From an uncultured Acidobacteriota bacterium (GTDB taxonomy: Bacteria; Acidobacteriota; UBA4820; DSQY01), in the NCBI GenBank assembly GCA_963724125.1, contig CAVRTJ010000006.1, positions 17,780 through 81,779 of the forward strand: a stretch of DNA of 64,000 bases, given 5' to 3'. Numbering within the stretch: position 1 is the stretch's first letter; every line of letters begins with the position of its first letter. Shown one piece after another: positions 57,146-64,000 of this stretch. The position numbers and the translations under genes were made by a program. The notes below the pieces were generated by a model. It searched no databases. It was not told the origin of the DNA and saw only the letters and a list, made by a program, of their open reading frames with translations.

Positions 57146-59733
57146 TCAGCCGGCCTGCTGATCTGAACTAGGGTCGATTGATTCTCCGACGGTCTGCTTC
57201 CTCCTGTCCACCAGCGTGAGCAGCGCGACCAGGACGGTCAGGGTGGCGAGCATGCAGTAGACCGTTCCGAGGAGGGATACGTACCCATGCTTCGCAGCCC
57301 CGGATAGGAAGACAGCGACATGGAGCCGAAACCTGCAATGGTGGTGAGTGCCGCGATCACGATGGGCACACCGATCTCTTGGATGACCCGCGCCATGTCG
57401 TGGCCGTCCTCTTCCATGTATCTGTGAACGAAATGTATCCCGTAATCTGAGCCTATGCCCAGGATGAGCGTGGTCACGAAGATGTTCATCATGTTCAGCG
57501 ATTCGCCGAGAAACCGCAGGCTTCCCAGCATCCAGATGAGTCCCACCGCCAGCGGAACGAGCGCGTAGAAGGCGAGACGAAGGTTGCGGAAATCGAGGAG
57601 AATGATGAGGAAGACCACGATGTTGCCCACCACAAATGCAAGGAGGGCGTCCTTTTTGATCTGGCCCCTGAGAACCTTGCTCAATACGTTGATCCCTACA
57701 ACTCGCGCGCCGGGAACCGCATCCTCGACGGTCCTTACGAGCCCCTGTGGCGCAAAACGCTTGAACTCGGTCGGAATGTAGAGATAAACCACGCCCCGGT
57801 AATGATCTGGGCCCTTCTTCACGATGAACCTGGAAACCAGCGGCCCAAGGGGGCCTTTTTCCAGGTCCGCGTAGGTGAGAGGCCCCGAAGGGGCCAGCAT
57901 CTTCCGAAGGTTCTTCAGATAAGGCGAGAAGTATTCGACGTTGAAGCCGTTCGCCTCGCAGGCCTTCGTAAAAGCCTTGTAGATTCGATCGTACGAGAAT
58001 TTGCCTGCTGGATCCTTATGAAGGACTTTCAGCACTTCGTCCTGGGTCTTTATGGAAGGCAGGTATGTCGTCAGGCTATCCGTGAACAGAACGTCGCCGG
58101 ACTTCAGGTAGGGCCTGATGGCGGCGTCTACTTTGTGCGTGTCTTCCAGCACACCCTGCGGCGAGGATGAATCGACGACGGCCATCATGTACGTCAGGGA
58201 TGCGCCGAATTCCCGCCCCACTTCCTTGGTGACCGCTATGCCTTTGTTGTTGGGACTCCTCAGGTTCTGGACGTTATCCTCAAGCTTGATTCCCAGGGCG
58301 GAGATTCCCATCGCGAGGGTCAACACGGCCGCGATTCCAAGGGTCCACTTCGGGTGCTTGTACGACCAGCGGGCAATGAACTGAAACCCGAAGCCGTGCA
58401 TGTGGAAAGTCGGCTCGATGCCCTTTTTCGTCTTGTGGACGTGGTGAAGATAGAGCATGGCCGGGAGCAGCACGAATACGCTCCCCGCGCAGAAGAGGAT
58501 GCCCAGGCTCGTGAAGATGCCGACTTGCTGCATCCCCGTGAACGACGTCAGGAGCAATGCGGCGAAGGTGAAGGCCGTGGTGACGGCTCCGACCATCACG
58601 CCCTTGCCCGTGGTGCCCATGATGATCGATATGCTTTCCTCCACACCCTTCCCGCTGTTTCTGGCTTCGATGTAACGCCCGTACATGACAATGGAGAAGT
58701 CGATTCCGAGGCCGATGAGAAGCGCGCCGAACCCCGCGGTAAGGCTGTTGATGGTCACCCCGATGAGGTGGGCCACGGCAAAGGTCAGCAGGAGACCGAA
58801 CAAAAGCGGCAGCCAGCCGTAAACGAGCGCGCTCTTCCGCCTGAACGCCCATACGAACACGAGCATAACGAGGATGATCGAGCTGATCGTGTTGACCACG
58901 GCATCCCGCTTGATGAGGTTCGCGTCGTCCTGCGCAATGGGGTAACCACCGCCGTACTGAACCCTCAGGTACGAAGGCGATTCGCCCGTGTCCTTCTTCC
59001 AGTTCGACCGCGTCTCCTTTTCCAGGCCCGCCACGTAGCGCATCAGCTTCTTGCCGAAGGGAATGTCCTGGGCCGGACGCTTCGGGCGCACGATCATCAG
59101 GAGACTCGTTCCGTCCTTCGAGAGGTAGTAGCCGTCCGAGAGATCGATCTTCAACTGCCGCGTCTTTCCCATGAAGTGCTTCTTGAGGACGGGAAACAGG
59201 CCGAACGGATCGTACTGAATGATCTGTTTGGTCATCAGCGACGCCGGGTTTGAAATAAGCTGGCGATTGAACGCCATCTGCTTTTCTATGCGGGCGTCGC
59301 TGAAGCGCTCTGCCACGTCACCGAGGTCGCGGGGCGAGAGATACAGGAGGGTGTAGGGCAGCATCTTGTCGACGACGCTCTCGTAATCCTGCAGCTTGTA
59401 TTCCACACCCTCGACCATCCCGCTCTTCTTCAGGCCGGCGGCCATTTCATCGGCATACTCTTCGTAGTTTTCTATGGGGTGCCCTTTGGGATCGTTCGTA
59501 CGCAGCACGATGAACAGGTAGTCGAGGCTCTTGAAGTCTTCCATGGCCATCCTGAAGTTCTCGACCACCTTGTTGTGACGGGGCAGCAGGTCGAGAATAT
59601 CCGACTGAATGTGCGGCGGCTTTACAATGAAGAGTGTTATGGCGGCGGCGGCGATGAGGCCGGCTCCGGTGAGCACCCACTTGTATCCACGCGCGCAGAT
59701 CCTGGCAAGGTTCCTGAGAATGGCCTCCCTCAC
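57146..59733 (-). CDS. MMPL/RND-superfamily exporter (two sterol-sensing-like 6-TM bundles, HpnN-like). One frame disruption near 57305 at the C-terminus.
   Basis: Twelve predicted TM segments in two blocks separated by large periplasmic domains, with the MMPL pattern (GIDFSIVMYGRYIEA, GIGSDYGIHFVHRY). The correct C-terminus reads GYVSLLGTVYCMLATLTVLVALLTLVDRRKQ and ends at 57146. Confidence 0.75.
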
Positions 59734-60386
59734 GATTCGCTCCCTGTCTTGGCCGGACCGCCCTTTTTGAACCGTAGGTCCACGTCCACCGCGCCGGCCG
59801 ACATGATGAAGGTAAACGCCTGGTCAACGGGAATGTCGAGGGGCATGAGGTCCTCCTCCGGGACGAGAATGAGATAGCCGGATGTCGGGTTCGGGGTCGT
59901 CGGGATGAAGACGTTGTAGTATTTTCTGCCCGTCCGCTCGTTGAGCGCGCCCAGGCTCGCGCTTGTTATGAAGCCCATGACCCAGCAGCCTCTTCGGGGA
60001 AACTCCACCAGGGCGGCTCGCTGAAAGCTGTTCTGCCGCTGGAAGGCATCCAGCAACTTCCTCGTCGCCGTGTAAACGGACTTTGCAAGCGGCACCCTCA
60101 CGAGGAGGTTTTCAAATACGTTCCAGGCCTTTTTCCCTAGATAGGAACGCCCTACCAATCCGAGCAGGATCAGCAGCGCCACCGTAATGCCGAGGGAGAT
60201 GGTCTCCGCGACCCCCGGAAACGGAATCCGGCCGAAGCGAGTGAATACGAACTTCACAAGGGGCGACGAGAATCCCACGATCAGCTCGAATCCCAGGTAT
60301 AGGATCCACAGAGTGACCACCAGGGGCAGAACCAGGATCAGTCCCGTGAGAAAGGATTTTTTGAGGGAATTCAGGACCGTTTTCAC
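59730..60386 (-). CDS. DUF502-family membrane protein.
   Basis: KKSFLTGLILVLPLVVTLWILYLGFELIVGF, then PFPGVAETISLGITVALLILLG and a conserved C-terminal region. Overlaps neighbouring genes by 4 nt at both ends. Confidence 0.65.
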   Translation of the reverse strand: MKTVLNSLKKSFLTGLILVLPLVVTLWILYLGFELIVGFSSPLVKFVFTRFGRIPFPGVAETISLGITVALLILLGLVGRSYLGKKAWNVFENLLVRVPLAKSVYTATRKLLDAFQRQNSFQRAALVEFPRRGCWVMGFITSASLGALNERTGRKYYNVFIPTTPNPTSGYLILVPEEDLMPLDIPVDQAFTFIMSAGAVDVDLRFKKGGPAKTGSES

Positions 60387-60976
60387 TCGGCAGGGCCTTG
60401 GAAAAGATCGATCCGTCGCGCAAATTTCACGAAGTACTCTACCATCGAGACGACGGCGATAAATGCGACAAAGTACAAGAGGGCGTTACCCGTAAGCTTG
60501 ACCCACTCCCAATCACGCTGGTTGCCCCAGATTACGAGACAGATCGCCATCACTTCCACCACCATCTTCCACTTACCCAGAACGCCCGCCGGAATCGAAA
60601 CCTGGTGGATCGCCGCCACCATTCTCAATCCCGTCACGCTGAATTCCCGCCCGACAATCACCACGACGACCCATGCTGGTGTGAGATGCAGCTCAACGAG
60701 GGATATGAGGACCGATGCGATCAGCAACTTGTCCGCGATGGGGTCCAGAAGCTGTCCGACCGTCGTGACCTGGTGGCGCTTCCTCGCGACGTATCCATCC
60801 AGCAGATCCGTCAGGGAGGCCAGGAGGAAGATCCCCACCGCAAGTTCTTCCCTGTTGAAGAAGAACCACTTCTCGAAGTGAAACTCGGTAAGAAGAACGA
60901 CGACGATGAGCGGCACCAGAAAGATGCGAAATGTGGTCAGCAGGTTGGGTAGATTCAGGAAGGTATCGCGCTTCAT
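60383..60976 (-). CDS. pgsA: CDP-diacylglycerol--glycerol-3-phosphate 3-phosphatidyltransferase (CDP-alcohol phosphatidyltransferase), paralog 2.
   Basis: NLLTTFRIFLVPLIVVVLL, DLLDGYVARKRHQVTTVGQLLDPIADKLL, four TM helices. Confidence 0.8.
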   Translation of the reverse strand: MKRDTFLNLPNLLTTFRIFLVPLIVVVLLTEFHFEKWFFFNREELAVGIFLLASLTDLLDGYVARKRHQVTTVGQLLDPIADKLLIASVLISLVELHLTPAWVVVVIVGREFSVTGLRMVAAIHQVSIPAGVLGKWKMVVEVMAICLVIWGNQRDWEWVKLTGNALLYFVAFIAVVSMVEYFVKFARRIDLFQGPAE

Positions 60977-61033
60977 CTGCCGCCACCGTCGCGCGTCGTG
61001 GGGCGCGCGTTTTGAAAACAGCCTCGGGAGAGT

Positions 61034-62581
61034 TTATCTGGAACGCTTTCGCCGATCGAGTTCGAATCTTTCAATCATCTTGATGAGTCCGCGCCGTGTT
61101 ATTCCCAGGTCCTCCGCAGCACGCGTCTTGTTCCATTTATACTTCTGCAACGCCTCCAGCAGCATCTTGCGCTGAACGGCCTCCAAGCTGTCCTTCAGGC
61201 GCGTGCCGCCGCTGGCGTCGTTCAAGATGGCAGCCTGCTGAATGACCTCCGACAGGTGGTGCGAGGTCACCATCTCGCCGTCGCTCAGCAGAATGGCAAG
61301 CCTCTCCATCTCGTTCTTGAGTTGCCTCACGTTTCCCGGCCAGCCATAAGCCGTAAGGACATCGATTGCTTCCTTCTTGAAGCCTACGTTCCTCCTGCCC
61401 ATGCGTCCGCCGAAGAAATTCAGGAAGTGTCGTGACAGAAGGGAGATGTCTTCTTTCCTGTCCCTCAGGGGCGGGAGCTTTATGGTCACCACATTGAGCC
61501 TGTAGAAGAGGTCCTCCCTGAACAAACCTCTCTGTATTTGCTCCTGCAGATCCTTGTTTGTGGCCGACAGGATGCGGACGTCCACCTTCCGGGACTTGTT
61601 GTCACCTATCCGTCTGATTTCCCCTTCCTGGAGCACGCGGAGAATCTTGGCCTGCGAGGAAAGGGACAGGTCGCCTATCTCGTCCAGGAAGAGGGTTCCT
61701 CCGTCTGCAACCTCGAAGAGCCCTGGACGGTCGTGCGTGGCGCCCGTATATGCCCCCTTCTTGTATCCGAACAGCTCGCTTTCGAGCAACGTTTCCGGAA
61801 GAGACGCGCAGTTTTGCGCAACGAATTTTTTCTCTCTTCTCGATGACTTGTAATGTATGGCGCGCGCGATGAGTTCCTTTCCCGTGCCGCTCTCACCCAC
61901 CACGAGAACGGACACGTTGCTCGCAGCCACGAGCTCCACCGTTTCGAGTATGGAAATGATCTTGGGAGAGTTTGAGATGATTTCTGGAAATCCCTGGTCC
62001 GTGGCCGCCATCTGCCGGAGGTACGTGTTCTCGATACGGTAGTTTTCCCTCTCCTGGGCACTCTGGATGGCGGAAGACGCCAGATCCACGAACGACTTGA
62101 GAAATTTGTGGTCCCTCTCGGTAAAGGCGCCGTGCCGCTTGCCGTGATCCACGTAAAAGGCCCCGATCAGCGCGTCGCCGTGGATGAGGGGCATGCAGAG
62201 CACGGAGAGGATATTGAAATGAATGGCGCTCTCGCTCTCGAATCTGGGATCCTTCTGCATATTCGCGCTCAGGATCCCCTCCTTCTTTTTTATCGTGGCA
62301 TGAACCACAGAGAGTGCCACTTTCTGCACGTCCACGAGTTCATCTGGATAGAGCGATCGGGCGACCGTCGGGTACAGCTCTCCCTGAGGATTGATCAGAA
62401 AGATCACGCCCCTTTCGGCGTTTAGATGCGATATCGCGAGATCGATCAAGTTCTCGAGCAGCGGTTGGAGATCGGTGAAAGAGTGCACGACGTGTGCGAG
62501 CCTGTAGAGGGTTTCCAGGTCTTGACGCTGATCTGGAATCAGGGGCTCGTCCGGAACTTTTGACGTATTGTCGTCGGTCAT
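61034..62581 (-). CDS. Sigma-54-dependent transcriptional activator with an N-terminal GAF sensor domain and a C-terminal Fis-type HTH.
   Basis: GAF region. AAA+ core VLVVGESGTGKELIARAIHYKS, GAYTGAT, GGTLFLDEIGDLS, LQEGEIRRIG (GAFTGA/ESELFGH equivalents). C-terminal AAEDLGITRRGLIKMIERF. Confidence 0.9.
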   Translation of the reverse strand: MTDDNTSKVPDEPLIPDQRQDLETLYRLAHVVHSFTDLQPLLENLIDLAISHLNAERGVIFLINPQGELYPTVARSLYPDELVDVQKVALSVVHATIKKKEGILSANMQKDPRFESESAIHFNILSVLCMPLIHGDALIGAFYVDHGKRHGAFTERDHKFLKSFVDLASSAIQSAQERENYRIENTYLRQMAATDQGFPEIISNSPKIISILETVELVAASNVSVLVVGESGTGKELIARAIHYKSSRREKKFVAQNCASLPETLLESELFGYKKGAYTGATHDRPGLFEVADGGTLFLDEIGDLSLSSQAKILRVLQEGEIRRIGDNKSRKVDVRILSATNKDLQEQIQRGLFREDLFYRLNVVTIKLPPLRDRKEDISLLSRHFLNFFGGRMGRRNVGFKKEAIDVLTAYGWPGNVRQLKNEMERLAILLSDGEMVTSHHLSEVIQQAAILNDASGGTRLKDSLEAVQRKMLLEALQKYKWNKTRAAEDLGITRRGLIKMIERFELDRRKRSR

Positions 62582-63333
62582 GCCGCGCCTTTGATCGCCT
62601 CCAAGCGGGAGCGTGCTCTCTCGGCCAGTCCCCCTTGCGCATCCTTATCTTCCTTGCCGGAGAAAGCTTCCTCGATCTTCTTGTAGGCATCGACGGCTTT
62701 GGCGTCCTCTCCCTGGCGCTCGTAGAACTGTCCCAGTTGCCACAGGCCCTCGCCTTCAGGGAAATCTGCGTTTTTGAGGCTCGCAAGCGCCTTCCAGTCT
62801 GCCTCCGCCTTCTTGAATTCTCCGGAAGCCTCGTAGAGCCTGGCTCTCAACCCAAGCGCGACGGGAGCCAACCGAGCGTCCTCCGTAAGCGGACCCACCG
62901 TCGTTATGGCATCTTTGATCTTCCCCGAATCGGCCTGCGTAAGAGCTTTGTAGAAGACGGCGATATTCCCGCTCTCATCGCTTCCGGCCTGCTTCTCCAA
63001 CGCCTTGAGACGCGTGTCCACGGCCTTTAGCCTGGCCTGGTTCGTTCCGAAGGTCAGCTGCGCGCTGTTGTTATCCTTGGTGTCCTTTCCGACCGGCGCG
63101 CTGTAAGCCTCCATGACCTGTGTCAGAAGGTAAGAGGACTGGGCGACATGGCGTTGGTGCGAATTCCAGAAATACAACGCGCCGAAGCCGGCGATGAGGA
63201 GTACCAAAAAGCCGGCCAGGTAAGTGGCCCAATGCTTCTCAAGACCCTCTATCACTCCGAAATAGAACTCTTCCAGGATGTCTCGGAACTGGTCTTCCCT
63301 CATCTGTTTCTTGGTGAGCTTCTTGCGCGACAT
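62578..63333 (-). CDS. YfgM-like (UPF0070) TPR-type membrane-anchored protein.
   Basis: N-terminal basic segment, single TM (WATYLAGFLVLLIAGFGALYFWNSHQ, with the WNSHQ junction motif), then a periplasmic helical-repeat domain. Confidence 0.55.
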   Translation of the reverse strand: MSRKKLTKKQMREDQFRDILEEFYFGVIEGLEKHWATYLAGFLVLLIAGFGALYFWNSHQRHVAQSSYLLTQVMEAYSAPVGKDTKDNNSAQLTFGTNQARLKAVDTRLKALEKQAGSDESGNIAVFYKALTQADSGKIKDAITTVGPLTEDARLAPVALGLRARLYEASGEFKKAEADWKALASLKNADFPEGEGLWQLGQFYERQGEDAKAVDAYKKIEEAFSGKEDKDAQGGLAERARSRLEAIKGAA

Positions 63334-63360
63334 AAAGTCTCCTTCGAGGCGACTGAAATG

Positions 63361-63437
63361 TGGTGTGCCTGGCGGGATTCGAACCCACGACCCCCTGCTT
63401 AGGAGGCAGGTGCTCTATCCGGCTGAGCTACAGGCAC
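63361..63437 (-). tRNA. tRNA-Arg (anticodon CCT), with encoded CCA.
   Basis: Reverse complement GTGCCTGTAGCTCAGCCGGATAGAGCACCTGCCTCCTAAGCAGGGGGTCGTGGGTTCGAATCCCGCCAGGCACACCA folds as a cloverleaf. Anticodon loop CTCCTAA. Confidence 0.9.
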
Positions 63438-63464
63438 ATCGGGACCCGGCCCCCTAAAGGCCGG

Positions 63465-63746
63465 TCAGTATTCTATAGTAAAAGCGTCCGTGCTTTCAAG
63501 GTTTCTGGAGGGTGGAAAGGGAACCAGCCTCTCCACTCTCGCATGCCCCGGTCCCTCCCTCAAAGTCGACTCGAAACGCTCGACCGAGAGCCTCTCGCCC
63601 CTGGCCTGCACCTCGACCGATCCATCGTTCAAATTCCGCACCCACCCCCTGACAGCGAGAGATTGCGCCTCCCTGAACACGAAATACCTGAATCCCACGC
63701 CCTGAACCCGCCCCACGACATACCAGGCGGCGCTTACCATCTCCAT
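63465..63746 (-). CDS. acyP: Acylphosphatase.
   Basis: VVGRVQGVGFRYFV and AQSLAVRGWVRNLNDGSVEV signature motifs. 93 aa. Confidence 0.85.
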   Translation of the reverse strand: MEMVSAAWYVVGRVQGVGFRYFVFREAQSLAVRGWVRNLNDGSVEVQARGERLSVERFESTLREGPGHARVERLVPFPPSRNLESTDAFTIEY

Positions 63747-63859
63747 TCGTGCATGCTAGCAAAGACTCGGTCGCCTGTCGCGCAGGCCCATGCATCTTGT
63801 CTTCTCCGGCGGCGTCCTGCGGCTGCATTCATGTTATAATTCAAGGGGAGGTCAACATC

Positions 63860-64000
63860 GTGAGACGACTCATAACACTGACTATTTGCATTCTTTTCTT
63901 CGCGATAATCGGTTGCGGTCAGAAGGCCCCTCCGAGGCCCAGGAAGGACCTCCACCATCCCGGACGCGCCAGGCCGCAGGCGCCCCCCGTAACGGGCGAA
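63860..64000 (+). CDS. Lipoprotein (N-terminal 47 codons only, runs off the window).
   Basis: GTG start. LTICILFFAIIGC lipobox signal peptide. Confidence 0.3.
   Translation, partial: MRRLITLTICILFFAIIGCGQKAPPRPRKDLHHPGRARPQAPPVTGE

Noticed and set aside
1-64000. CRISPR arrays, IS elements, integrases, phage or defense-system genes.
   Set aside because: No direct-repeat/spacer periodicity, no transposase/integrase/nuclease-like ORFs and no inverted terminal repeats were found. The only repeat structure is the tRNA-Lys tandem duplication.

Overview
High-GC (~64%) chromosomal window. It is probably from a Deltaproteobacteria-like (sulfate-reducer/syntroph-type) organism, judging from a CXXXY-type CcmE, a PPi-dependent phosphofructokinase, abundant sigma54/PilZ/CHASE2 signalling genes and miaA-hfq synteny. 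I support about 60 protein genes and two tRNAs, tRNA-Lys(CTT) and tRNA-Arg(CCT). No CRISPR arrays, transposases or integrases were seen. Content is mostly housekeeping: rpsA-ihfB, ruvC-ruvA, recG, recN, lnt, tatAC, cysK, nth, tsaD, lepB, mpl, ccmEF. The accessory or unusual content is as follows. (1) An orphan two-gene microcompartment module, pduS-pduT, in which PduT carries a basic N-terminal extension and is translationally coupled to a tolB-like gene. (2) A lipoprotein operon (LPP20-like, CsgG-like) that embeds a CHASE2-adenylate/guanylate cyclase. (3) Two paralogous zinc-ribbon membrane proteins of unknown function. (4) A Cus/Czc-like efflux block (MFP intact, RND permease carrying at least 5 frameshifts) lying between a CusS-like kinase fragment and a CusR-like regulator. 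(5) A ~225-bp tandem duplication that includes the 3' end of tRNA-Lys. (6) A perfect 16-bp palindrome in an AT-rich island. A striking general property is the large number of interrupted reading frames. These affect accessory genes but also normally essential ones (lnt, miaA), and include an in-frame TAG in recN, so many are probably sequencing or assembly indel errors rather than genuine pseudogenes. Many long ORFs in the six-frame track are Arg-rich antisense artefacts of the high GC content and were ignored. The track also reports GTG/TTG starts as M.
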